From a virus: a stretch of DNA of 64,000 nt. Shown piece by piece: positions 10,501 to 18,854 of this stretch. Under the pieces are notes generated by a model. That model saw only the letters and a list, made by a program, of their open reading frames with translations. It made no database searches and was not told where the DNA came from. How positions within the stretch are numbered: position 1 is the first letter of the stretch; each line of letters starts with the position of its first letter. A program made the translations under genes and the position numbers. Location: the IMG/VR virus record IMGVR_UViG_3300025880_000012, positions 12,928 through 76,927 of that record, one strand, 5' to 3'.

Positions 10501-11217
10501 GATCAAGGAGGAACTGGAGAGACCGCTTTAAGCTTGGGAGACTCTATTAATGTAACACTTTCCAATGGTAGAGTTATAGAAATTAAATTCTATAGATCGG
10601 GCTCTTTATACTTTGCAATTAATAAAAAATCTGAGCCAGCAATCTCACAATGTATATCATCACCCGTTACAATAACAGTCGAATCTGAATATGATAGTGA
10701 AACAAGTACTAGCACTTTTAATTATATAACTAGTGATTCAAGCGGTAATGGTGGTTTATTTGGATGCATTGATGTTAATCGCGGAGAAACATTAACGATA
10801 TTTGTTACCGGTGATGAACCAAACCTCTTATCTCATCCGCTTAAGATAACTAATTATAACGACTTAGGTCAAGCTATGGCTCCACTCTCTGGAGTAGTAA
10901 AAACAGATTTAACTGAGGGTACATATGAAGATCATACATACTCCTTAACATGGCAAGTGCCTTGCGATGAAGCAATTGACAAGTATCAATATCAGTGCGA
11001 AAATCATGCAGGTATGCGCGGTACTATCAATGTGTTAGGAGTATGCCCATCTCCCACTCCAACTCCAACAGCAACAGTTACCCCGACACCAAGCATAACA
11101 CCAACTATAACACCAACTATAACACCAACCCCTAGTGTTAGTGCAGGTTCTACGGGGGATTACTTTGACACATTTAATTCAAATGAAGAAATGTTTTTAC
11201 CGATTACTTTAGAATAA
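7561..11217 (+). CDS. Long mosaic tail-fibre-like protein (class A N-terminus; Gly-linked modules including C1q-like, H-lectin-like and cupredoxin-like domains; Pro-Thr tail)
   Basis: ATG 7561 overlaps the upstream stop (TAATG). Two DTPTGY modules, three xPD...AxYxGGGGSSS modules, VPEDGLYDISF (C1q-like), SHP...YQCENHAGMRGTINV, and PTPTPT repeats. Confidence 0.75.
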   Translation: MNKANDFLNGIKGIGKYISDRYYLTLLKDTPTGYQGHSGDYLVVNDGETGIHFTGIEKIASDLTDYGFLDGVGGGGGGGGSNSFGIIASKMDGINFTGELPDIIFQKDENGLEAALILHNVNKTLNKIQYAANTAGTNRILRFDNSATAGNMTNNGTWTLGSNSPGPVSVQHFIDTDKAAYLGGGGSSSSGGGFQSNQITKDNFAGDFALPDALYVPLIRAGELHLRPFYFNGFYGTTENAFAYIQYEWIIGLNERFTINFSNNTHGGFANTTNFESTTTTFNLSTIPSTTTNQPSIKEFIADDRALYFGGGGGSSSSTTFNSLTDTPTGYQSGYYLQSAESGVDYVSISGLAQDLTDYGFLDGVGGGGSSSTISTINQIQDNIDNIPLIGSGVQIPDAILVKDVNATTINGYDNLIQLDYHGWSQGYDANGNKTSDNQHFWYETNNSVGTRWYIRFDLVDGSYEQHSEDQRVKKEYGSIQEYISGGRALYFGGGGSSSTAGGGFIHAVFNGNANIVSKSSDWDTHVNSITFPQGGTFNGYARINYKNAFTSLPNVQVTADHIDSATIPHVFGQVQAQQLDRCDIVIGDSDNTQAQAGFSVTIFSDEIAGGAGGSTTPQFSRAKVSSSSSISHFDAYVDLDANQLATDSQNWISTHATLNTVGILVPEDGLYDISFNIRPVEYNNTNWMNNVSLLGTKLRIVKADGTNVLVQETTDSKNTGNGTTLNNHLYLDNLSLDQGDFLCLSCRVYSSNTSLSWAVDDRFSFLSVSKSVEGGGGGGTTNTQELTEQISQTIVNDNLIVLDTDYSFQTKYLNGSISSDSNITDLEFTNLTIGDTYRLSSTVSINSDGTAGDKIKVNYYHDGNKIAAVYSDNISQSVSTSVLFNATSNSLLVSGQNLDANNYIEGNPNEITFTQIEKISNNMVAPEIIAITDGSTQTFDGATMADNNYIKIEGENVSATIEIDGDSFVVAQSGDQMVWDQGGTGETALSLGDSINVTLSNGRVIEIKFYRSGSLYFAINKKSEPAISQCISSPVTITVESEYDSETSTSTFNYITSDSSGNGGLFGCIDVNRGETLTIFVTGDEPNLLSHPLKITNYNDLGQAMAPLSGVVKTDLTEGTYEDHTYSLTWQVPCDEAIDKYQYQCENHAGMRGTINVLGVCPSPTPTPTATVTPTPSITPTITPTITPTPSVSAGSTGDYFDTFNSNEEMFLPITLE

Positions 11218-11220
11218 TTG

Positions 11221-11225
11221 GTGTA
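11221..11225 (+). promoter_or_regulatory. GTGTA motif 9 nt before ATG 11235
   Basis: GTGTA TATTACTTC ATG. Confidence 0.6.
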
Positions 11226-11234
11226 TATTACTTC

Positions 11235-11828
11235 ATGGATTGGTCTATTATATTATCATCTTGTATAGTTGCTGGAACTACAATAATCAGCATCTTTATT
11301 AAAGAGCTTGTTCAAGCTAAAAAAAATAAACAAAATGCCTGTGTTGTAAAATACACAAAGCAAAACGAAAACGTTCAAAAAGCACTAGATTTCACCAGAA
11401 ACGAGACTGCTGCTGATCGAGCATACATATTTGAGTTTCATAACGGTGATCATTTTTACAGTGGAAACCACCAACAGAAATTTAGCTGTACATATGAATC
11501 CTTGAATTCAGGAGTTAGCTCTGAGTCGATGAGGTTGCAAGATTTAAGAGTTAGCACATTTAATTCATTTATTAAAGATGTATTGGGTATTCATGGAGAT
11601 AAATCTTTCACACTTGAGGATATTGAGGGTATTGATAGCCCATTATTACGCAATTGGCTAGAAGAACGTGGAGTACGATCTTCTTATGCATTCCCCATAG
11701 AAACATTAAATCATGGCGTAGTAGGAATTATATGTATAGACTTTACAAAAAAGAAAACAGAGATATACAAAAAAGATATTGATTTAATAGAGAATCAAGC
11801 AAAAATAATTAGCGGTTATTTAATTTAA
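11235..11828 (+). CDS. Single-TM GAF-domain protein, candidate holin
   Basis: Hydrophobic N-terminal helix, then ADRAYIFEFHNG...GVRSSYAFPI...VGIICIDF (GAF pattern). Confidence 0.6.
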   Translation: MDWSIILSSCIVAGTTIISIFIKELVQAKKNKQNACVVKYTKQNENVQKALDFTRNETAADRAYIFEFHNGDHFYSGNHQQKFSCTYESLNSGVSSESMRLQDLRVSTFNSFIKDVLGIHGDKSFTLEDIEGIDSPLLRNWLEERGVRSSYAFPIETLNHGVVGIICIDFTKKKTEIYKKDIDLIENQAKIISGYLI

Positions 11829-11870
11829 TTTTAATTGGAATTAATGTAAATATGTTTTTACTATGATAGT

Positions 11871-12209
11871 ATGTTATCAACATATTGTCAACACTGTGGT
11901 GGAAAAAACGAATACACTATAACTAAACCTAAATTTTGTTCTAGCTGTGGAACTCCATTAGATCAAGGTTTAAGTCAGGCTAGAGGAGCTACACCATTAA
12001 AGCAAAAATCTTTGCGAGCGCAACCAATCCAAAAAGAAGTGCACGATGAAGACGGTACTGACATTTATGAAGTTCCTGATATATCAAATTTAGAGTATGA
12101 GATAGAAGTTTCTAACACCAACTTTACACTGGGCTCAATTATGCCTAGAGAGCTAGAGAAGAACGAACCAACCAGACGTAAAAGGGGTAGGCCTAGAAAA
12201 AATGGGTAG
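11871..12209 (+). CDS. Zinc-ribbon protein with C-terminal AT-hook-like motif
   Basis: CQHCG...FCSSCG and RRKRGRPRK. Confidence 0.75.
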   Translation: MLSTYCQHCGGKNEYTITKPKFCSSCGTPLDQGLSQARGATPLKQKSLRAQPIQKEVHDEDGTDIYEVPDISNLEYEIEVSNTNFTLGSIMPRELEKNEPTRRKRGRPRKNG

Positions 12210-12900
12210 ACCTAAAAAACTTATATTCGAAGATCAAATTGAAGTAATCAATCAAGAAATTCGTAAAAGAAAAAATAAGTGGTTTTTGGATTCTATGCCA
12301 TGGATTTCTTTTGAAGATGTTGAGCAAATAATAAGAGTACATATTTATCAAAAATGGGATAAATGGGATCAAGAAAGAGAATTAAAGCCTTGGATAAATA
12401 AAATTATAAGTAATCAATTCAAAAATATTTTAAGGAATTATTATTTAAACTTTGCAAAACCATGTAGTAATTGCCCTTTTGATACATCTATTGGTGGAGA
12501 AAATTTATGTTCATTCACGAAGAGTGGATCGCAAGACAGTAGTTGCCCGCTGTATAAAAAATGGGAAAAAAGCAAAAAAAGCGCTCACGATGTTAAGATA
12601 CCATTAAGGTTAGACGCTCAAGAGTATGAATCTAGTATTTTTTCGGTCAACTCGTTTAACGTGGATACAGCTATAGTTAAAGTGCAAGAACACTTAAAGA
12701 ACGAACTCTCCGAACGTCATTATAATATATATGTTATGTTATTCGTGGAAAATAGAAGTGAATCAGAAGTTGCCGAAAAACTAGGATACAAAACTAATGA
12801 GCAAGGCAGAAAGGCTGGTTACAAGCAAATCAAAAATATGCGAAAATTATTCAAAGAAAAAGTAATGAAAATTATCAAAAACCAAGATATTGTGATATGA
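12202..12900 (+). CDS. Sigma-70/ECF-like RNA polymerase sigma factor (putative late sigma)
   Basis: Region-2-like EDVEQ...KWD...WINKIISNQFKNILR; region-4-like LSERH...SESEVAEKLG; four-Cys insert between them. Confidence 0.6.
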   Translation: MGRPKKLIFEDQIEVINQEIRKRKNKWFLDSMPWISFEDVEQIIRVHIYQKWDKWDQERELKPWINKIISNQFKNILRNYYLNFAKPCSNCPFDTSIGGENLCSFTKSGSQDSSCPLYKKWEKSKKSAHDVKIPLRLDAQEYESSIFSVNSFNVDTAIVKVQEHLKNELSERHYNIYVMLFVENRSESEVAEKLGYKTNEQGRKAGYKQIKNMRKLFKEKVMKIIKNQDIVI

Positions 12901-13943
12901 AATTAACTGAAGAACATAAAAAGTTTATAGACGAAAATTTCCAAAGAATGCCAGATTTAATTGAATTGACTCGAGCAACATTTAAAGATGGAACAATTGA
13001 TGGTAGGTCGAAGCAGGGAAGAGCGGTAAGAGCTTACCTTGCATCAAAGGAAATTAAATATAAAACATCTGAACATGAAATAGTTAAACCAATTGTATTA
13101 TCAGAAGAGCAGAAAAATTTCATTGAACAATATTCTCAAGATGGAATGAGTAGCTACCAAATTGCACAGCTATTATTTCCTGATGATGAGGTCAAAAAAT
13201 TGGGTAGAGAACAAAGGGCTGTAGGCAATTACCTAGAGGCAGTAAAAAAAAGAAAAAGAGAAGAAAATCGAGCCGCACGCAACAAATACGATGAACCTAA
13301 AAATATAGCTGAATGCTTAGAAAAGGTCAACCTATATACTGATGCAGGACTAAGAGAAGGAGAAATGAAAGCAATGGAAAAAAAATCAATTGAATCTTTA
13401 TTTCGTTTTTTAAAATCTCCAAGATTTACTCAGATTATAAGTAATTACCATAAAGAAGAAGATCAAGATTTATTTGAAGCGGAATTTATTCGAGCTACTT
13501 GGGATAAGCCTGATTTAACTACTGATGAAGTTAATTTGTATGTAAATGTATGTGTTGATTATATAAACTTAAAAAATATATCTTCACACATGGAGAAGTT
13601 AAATAGAATGTTTGATGAAGCAGACGAACAGCAAGAGCTGACGGTAAGGTTATCGGAACTACTAAAAACCAAAAGTGAAGAGTATAACCAATGCGAAAAA
13701 CGACAGGAGTCTTTAATACAAAGACTTGCTGGAGACAGATCAAAAAGGATATCCCAACGTCAAGATCAAAACGCATCAATACTTTCATTAGTCGAAAGCT
13801 TTCAAAACGAAGAAGAGCGAAAACTAATGGTAAAGATGGCAAACATGCAAAAGAAGGCCATCAAGGAAGAAGCTGATAATTTGGAATCTATGAATTCTTG
13901 GAAGTCAAGAATATTAGGCATATCTAAAAGCGATGTCATCTAG
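12897..13943 (+). CDS. HTH and coiled-coil protein of the packaging operon (possible terminase small subunit)
   Basis: LSEEQK...GMSSYQIAQLLF HTH-like segment; helical C-terminus; lies upstream of TerL. Confidence 0.4.
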   Translation: MKLTEEHKKFIDENFQRMPDLIELTRATFKDGTIDGRSKQGRAVRAYLASKEIKYKTSEHEIVKPIVLSEEQKNFIEQYSQDGMSSYQIAQLLFPDDEVKKLGREQRAVGNYLEAVKKRKREENRAARNKYDEPKNIAECLEKVNLYTDAGLREGEMKAMEKKSIESLFRFLKSPRFTQIISNYHKEEDQDLFEAEFIRATWDKPDLTTDEVNLYVNVCVDYINLKNISSHMEKLNRMFDEADEQQELTVRLSELLKTKSEEYNQCEKRQESLIQRLAGDRSKRISQRQDQNASILSLVESFQNEEERKLMVKMANMQKKAIKEEADNLESMNSWKSRILGISKSDVI

Positions 13944-14865
13944 TTTTAAATGTCAAGTGTGTCACGAAGAGTTTGACACAGAAAAGGGGCTTCATATACA
14001 CCTCAAGAAGCACAAGATGGATTTAGCTACTTACTATACTACATTTTATCCACGTAATAATTTATTAACAGGAAAACCATTACCTTTCAAAAAGAAAGAT
14101 GATTACTTTAATAATGACTTTTCTACTCGCAGTCAATTAATAAAATGGTGCATGTCTCAAGATAAAGAGACGGCTGCAGAATACGCATTAAAGAAATTAA
14201 AACAAAGAATAGAATTAAAGGGTCTTAAGTACGCTCCAAACCATTTAGAGTTAAAGATCAACAAGTTGCCAGACATAGATGTCTACAAATATGCTTTTGG
14301 TTCGTATGGAGCAGCATGTAAAGCGGCTGGAGTAAGACCGCTACATGGTAGTGCGATTGATGAAAACTTTTTTAAGGAAGATGAGCATTTTGAGAATTTG
14401 AAGATTTTTGTTGACACAAGAGAGCAAAAACCATTAACCTTTAATGTGTCTGAAGATCTAAAGTTAGACTTCGGAGATTATACGGTTGGGGGCGATGATT
14501 ATAACTATACTTATGTAGATAGAAAATCTGATTCTGATTTTAAGGGCACCCTTTCGGGAGGTTTAGCTAGGTTCAAAAGAGAGCTTCAGAGAGTGCAAGA
14601 TTTTGACTCATACTTATTTATAGTTGTGGAAAGCGATCTTAATAGGTTATATAAAAATAATGCTTTCGGCCCACACAAATCAAATTTAGAATTCATATAC
14701 CACAACATGAGATTAATATCTCACGAGTTTGCTGGAAGTTGTCAATTTGTTTTTACAGGTACTCGAACAAACTCTCAATCAGTCATCCCTAAGATTTTAA
14801 CTTTAGGTAAGAAATTATGGGATGTTGATTTACAATATTATATAGATAAAAATGGCTTGGGATGA
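13933..14865 (+). CDS. C2H2 zinc finger plus ERCC4/XPF-family nuclease
   Basis: CQVC...HLKKH; VDTREQ, GDY, DRKSxxDF, RFxRE and IVVE motifs of ERCC4. Confidence 0.75.
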   Translation: MSSSFKCQVCHEEFDTEKGLHIHLKKHKMDLATYYTTFYPRNNLLTGKPLPFKKKDDYFNNDFSTRSQLIKWCMSQDKETAAEYALKKLKQRIELKGLKYAPNHLELKINKLPDIDVYKYAFGSYGAACKAAGVRPLHGSAIDENFFKEDEHFENLKIFVDTREQKPLTFNVSEDLKLDFGDYTVGGDDYNYTYVDRKSDSDFKGTLSGGLARFKRELQRVQDFDSYLFIVVESDLNRLYKNNAFGPHKSNLEFIYHNMRLISHEFAGSCQFVFTGTRTNSQSVIPKILTLGKKLWDVDLQYYIDKNGLG

Positions 14866-16720
14866 AGGAAATCAAACTCGTCGACCTAAGGAAGACGTCA
14901 ATCAAGAAATTCTTAATTTAGAAGGTTTCCTCGATGAAAATGAGGCAAAGCAAAATCTTTATAAATTCTTAAAAGATAATATTACCTTTACTACTAGTTT
15001 AGTAGGTGGAGTAGATTTATTTCCTTTTCAACACATGGCTATCAAAGCTATGTTTGAGACTGATTATTTCATGGGGGTATGGAGTCGTGGTATGAGTAAA
15101 TCTTTTACTACTGGTGTATACGCTTTCCTTGATGCTATAATGCATCAGGGTGTTGAAATTGGAATATTGGCTGCATCATTTAGACAGTCAAAACAAATAT
15201 TTAAAAAAATTGAAGACATCGCCGCAAAGCCTGAAGCTAGAATGCTAGCGAATTGTATAACTAAAAAATCAAAAAGCAATGATGAATGGTTAATGGAAAT
15301 TGGGAGAAGTAGGATTAGAGCCTTGCCATTAGGAGATGGATCCAAGCTTCGGGGATTTAGGTTTCATAGAATTATTATTGATGAGTTCCTATTGATGCCG
15401 GAAAGAATCTACAATGAAGTTATTGTCCCCTTTCTTTCTGTAGTAGAAAATCCAACTCAAAGAGAAGACTTGTATAATTTAGAGACTAAGTTGATTGATC
15501 AAGGCAAAATGAAAGAGGAAGATAGATATGTATGGCCGAACAATAAATTAATTATGTTGTCTTCCGCTAGTTACAAATTTGAATACATGTATAAGCTTTA
15601 CAGTCAATTTGAAAACTTAATTCAAGGTAAAGATGTTGATCAAGATAAAGCTACTAGGTGTATCATGCAGTTTTCTTATGATTGTGCACCTAAGCAGCTT
15701 TACGACCAAAACCTCATAACTCAAGCTAAGGCTACAATGAGTCAGTCCCAGTTTGAGCGTGAGTTTGGAGCGTTATTTACAGATGACAGTTCTGGATACT
15801 TCAAAACGTCTAGAATGGCATCATGTACTATACAAGACGGAGAAGATCCTCATGTTGAAATTAAGGGTCAGCCTGAGGATGAATACATATTAGCTTTCGA
15901 CCCATCTTGGTCAGAAAGTGAAAGTAGTGATGATTTTGCTATGCATGTATTAAAGTATCATAAAAGCACAGGCACTTCAACATTAGTACATTCTTATGCA
16001 ATGTCTGGAACTCCACTTCGAGAACATATTTTTTATTTTCATTATCTTATCAAAAACTTTAATATCATTGCTATAGTTGGAGATTATAATGGAGGAGTTC
16101 AATTTATCAATGCAGTTAATGAGAGTGAGTTATTTAAAACTAGCAATATAAAAATAAAAGGTGTTGACGGCGATTTCGATAAAATGGAAAATTATAAAGA
16201 TGAATTAAGAACTGCGAAAATGCAGTACAATAAAAAAGATTATAAGTATTTATTCCTAAGAAAGCCTACATCTGATTGGATCAGAAAAGCTAATGAGTTA
16301 TTGCAAGCAAATTTTGATCATAAACGTATTTGGTTTGGTTCTAGAGCGATTGATGAAGCTTACAATAAACAAAGAGCTAAAAAAATACCAATCAATAAAT
16401 TAAAATTTCTTAGATTGTCTGAAGAAGAGTTAAAGCAAAGTGGTCAAGCAAAAATGATAGACTTTATAGAACATCAATACGACATGATTAACATGACAAA
16501 AAATCAATGTGCATTAATTCAGATCACAACTTCACCTCAAGGAACGCAGACTTTTGGGTTACCTCCAGAGCTTAGAAGGCAGACTGGACCTGATAAAGCA
16601 AGGAAGGATTCGTACTCAGCCTTAGTTCTTGGGAGTTGGATGGTTAAGGTATTTCATGACATGAATAACTCCAAGGCTCAGCAAGCCCATTCTACATTTG
16701 CTCCAATGTTTATAAGTTAA
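14852..16720 (+). CDS. terL: Terminase large subunit
   Basis: PFQ motif, SRGMSKS Walker A variant, LRGFR..IIIDE Walker B, LSSA motif III, LAFDPS...DDFA and KDSYSA nuclease motifs. Confidence 0.85.
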   Translation: MAWDEGNQTRRPKEDVNQEILNLEGFLDENEAKQNLYKFLKDNITFTTSLVGGVDLFPFQHMAIKAMFETDYFMGVWSRGMSKSFTTGVYAFLDAIMHQGVEIGILAASFRQSKQIFKKIEDIAAKPEARMLANCITKKSKSNDEWLMEIGRSRIRALPLGDGSKLRGFRFHRIIIDEFLLMPERIYNEVIVPFLSVVENPTQREDLYNLETKLIDQGKMKEEDRYVWPNNKLIMLSSASYKFEYMYKLYSQFENLIQGKDVDQDKATRCIMQFSYDCAPKQLYDQNLITQAKATMSQSQFEREFGALFTDDSSGYFKTSRMASCTIQDGEDPHVEIKGQPEDEYILAFDPSWSESESSDDFAMHVLKYHKSTGTSTLVHSYAMSGTPLREHIFYFHYLIKNFNIIAIVGDYNGGVQFINAVNESELFKTSNIKIKGVDGDFDKMENYKDELRTAKMQYNKKDYKYLFLRKPTSDWIRKANELLQANFDHKRIWFGSRAIDEAYNKQRAKKIPINKLKFLRLSEEELKQSGQAKMIDFIEHQYDMINMTKNQCALIQITTSPQGTQTFGLPPELRRQTGPDKARKDSYSALVLGSWMVKVFHDMNNSKAQQAHSTFAPMFIS

Positions 16721-16753
16721 CTTTTAACTTTTATAGACTTTTAGTTAGACTTT

Positions 16754-16758
16754 GTGTA
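16754..16758 (+). promoter_or_regulatory. GTGTA motif 9 nt before GTG 16768, preceded by ACTTT direct repeats
   Basis: GTGTA TTATGTATT GTG. Confidence 0.55.
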
Positions 16759-16767
16759 TTATGTATT

Positions 16768-18840
16768 GTGAAAGAAAAAAGAAAGTATACAAAAAGATCT
16801 GATTATTGGAGCCAATTTTCAAAGCAGGATAAACCTATAGATGATATATTAAAATTGAATGAAGCTATAGGAACATTACCAGAAACAGCTGGAGACAGTT
16901 TTTATGTTCAGTCTGCTGCGGCAAGCACTTCAAACAGAAGAGTTCAATATGGAGATCATACAACTTCTAGAAAAAATGCCATACACCACAACAATAAAGA
17001 AGATAAATATGTCAATATTAGGAATGGTATGCTTCCTTATGATTACTCTGGCGATGGAGTTAATGTTAGAGATGCTATAGAGCTATGCCAAAAAGCTTAT
17101 GCTAACATTTCAATTTTTAGAAATGCTATAGATATAATGGCTGAATTTTCTAATTCCCCTATATACCTTGAGGGTGAGAATGACCGATCCAAAAAGTTCA
17201 TTGAGGGATGGATGAAAAAAATAGGCATATGGAAATTAAAAGATCAATATTTCAGAGAGTATTATAGATCAGGGAATATATTTTTTTATAGAGTAGATGG
17301 TAAGTTTTCCAACGAAGACTTAATGAAGATGAATTATGTATACGCATCTCAGACATTAAAACCTGGAGAGATACCAGTTCGATACATGTTACTTAATCCT
17401 TATGACATTGTTGCAGATAAAGCTACCGCATTTCAAGATGGAATATATAAAAAAGTATTATCCGACTATGAGCTTGAAAAATTAAGAGAACCAAAAACAG
17501 AAGAAGATAAAAAAGTATTTGATTCATTAGACCCTGAAACAAAAAAGAAAATTAAAGATGGATCATTTACTCGTGATGGTTTAAAAATTAAATTAGATTC
17601 AGAAAAATTAATTTATTCATTTTATAAAAAACAAGATTATGAACCTTTTGCTGTTCCTTTTGGCTTTCCTGTATTAGATGATATTAATTGGAAGTTAGAG
17701 TTAAAGAAGATTGATCAAGCTATATGTAGAACCGTAGAGAATGTAATACTTTTAATTACAATGGGAGCAGAGCCAGATAAAGGAGGAGTAAACCCAAACA
17801 ATTTAAAAGCCATGCAAGAGCTATTTAAAAATGAGAGTGTTGGCAGAGCATTAATTGCAGATTACACAACTAAAGCTCAATTTGTTATTCCTGACCTTAA
17901 TAAAGTTCTTGGTTCTGAAAAATACAAAATAGTAAATGAAGACATTAAAGAAGGTCTACAAAATATTATTGTGGGTAGTGAAAAGTTCTCAAACACACAA
18001 GTTAAAGCTGAAATATTCTTAGAGAGATTAAAAGAATCTCGTAATGCATTTTTAAATGATTTTTTACAGCCGCAAATTAAAGAGGTTTGTCAGAACATGG
18101 GATTAAAGTCTTATCCCACAGCTAAATTTGAAGAGATTGACATTAAAGATGAAGTTCAGTTTCATAGAGTTATTACTAGATTGTTGGAAATTGGTATACT
18201 TACTCCAGAGCAAGGCATCAAATCCATGCAAACTGGACTGTATCCAAATCCACGCGAATTATCTCAAGTTCAAGAAAAGTATGTTGAGCAACGTGAAAAA
18301 GGTTATTACAATCCTTTGGTTGGTGGTATACCAATGATTGAAAGTGTTCAGTCTGAAAAAGATCGAGAAATTGCAGAAGAACAACTAGAAATCCAAAAAG
18401 AAGGCGCGCAGAACCAAAAACAAGCTGTTCAGCAAAAAAGTAAAGAAACACAAAATAAAACTAAAAAATCTCCTGGACGACCAAATGGAACAAATCAAAT
18501 TCCATTACAAGCCGCAGATTATTATGGAAAAGATAATGTTCAACAAACAATATATGATATAGAAGATTTACAATCTTATGCTATTGCTAATTTCCAAAAA
18601 TATAAAAATTTAAAAGAATTGAATGACAACCATAAAGATTTAATTGTTAAGTTGTGCGAATCAGTTGTTTGCGCTAAAGAACAAAAGCAGTGGAAGCGTA
18701 CATTATTGTCTTGCGTTAAGAACATCGATAATATTCAAAAGTTAGATGTTATGCCTGACATATTGGAGGTGTCCGCAAAGCATGAACTGTCCGATTACCC
18801 TTCAGCTATATTATATCATAGCAAAAATCACAAAAAATAG
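16768..18840 (+). CDS. Portal protein
   Basis: Follows TerL; AY...IFRNAIDIMAEF and YYRSGNIFFY portal-like motifs; C-terminal PGRP. Confidence 0.75.
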   Translation: MKEKRKYTKRSDYWSQFSKQDKPIDDILKLNEAIGTLPETAGDSFYVQSAAASTSNRRVQYGDHTTSRKNAIHHNNKEDKYVNIRNGMLPYDYSGDGVNVRDAIELCQKAYANISIFRNAIDIMAEFSNSPIYLEGENDRSKKFIEGWMKKIGIWKLKDQYFREYYRSGNIFFYRVDGKFSNEDLMKMNYVYASQTLKPGEIPVRYMLLNPYDIVADKATAFQDGIYKKVLSDYELEKLREPKTEEDKKVFDSLDPETKKKIKDGSFTRDGLKIKLDSEKLIYSFYKKQDYEPFAVPFGFPVLDDINWKLELKKIDQAICRTVENVILLITMGAEPDKGGVNPNNLKAMQELFKNESVGRALIADYTTKAQFVIPDLNKVLGSEKYKIVNEDIKEGLQNIIVGSEKFSNTQVKAEIFLERLKESRNAFLNDFLQPQIKEVCQNMGLKSYPTAKFEEIDIKDEVQFHRVITRLLEIGILTPEQGIKSMQTGLYPNPRELSQVQEKYVEQREKGYYNPLVGGIPMIESVQSEKDREIAEEQLEIQKEGAQNQKQAVQQKSKETQNKTKKSPGRPNGTNQIPLQAADYYGKDNVQQTIYDIEDLQSYAIANFQKYKNLKELNDNHKDLIVKLCESVVCAKEQKQWKRTLLSCVKNIDNIQKLDVMPDILEVSAKHELSDYPSAILYHSKNHKK

Positions 18841-18844
18841 TGTA
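18840..18844 (+). promoter_or_regulatory. GTGTA motif 10 nt before ATG 18855
   Basis: GTGTA CTTAAAATAG ATG. Confidence 0.55.
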
Positions 18845-18854
18845 CTTAAAATAG

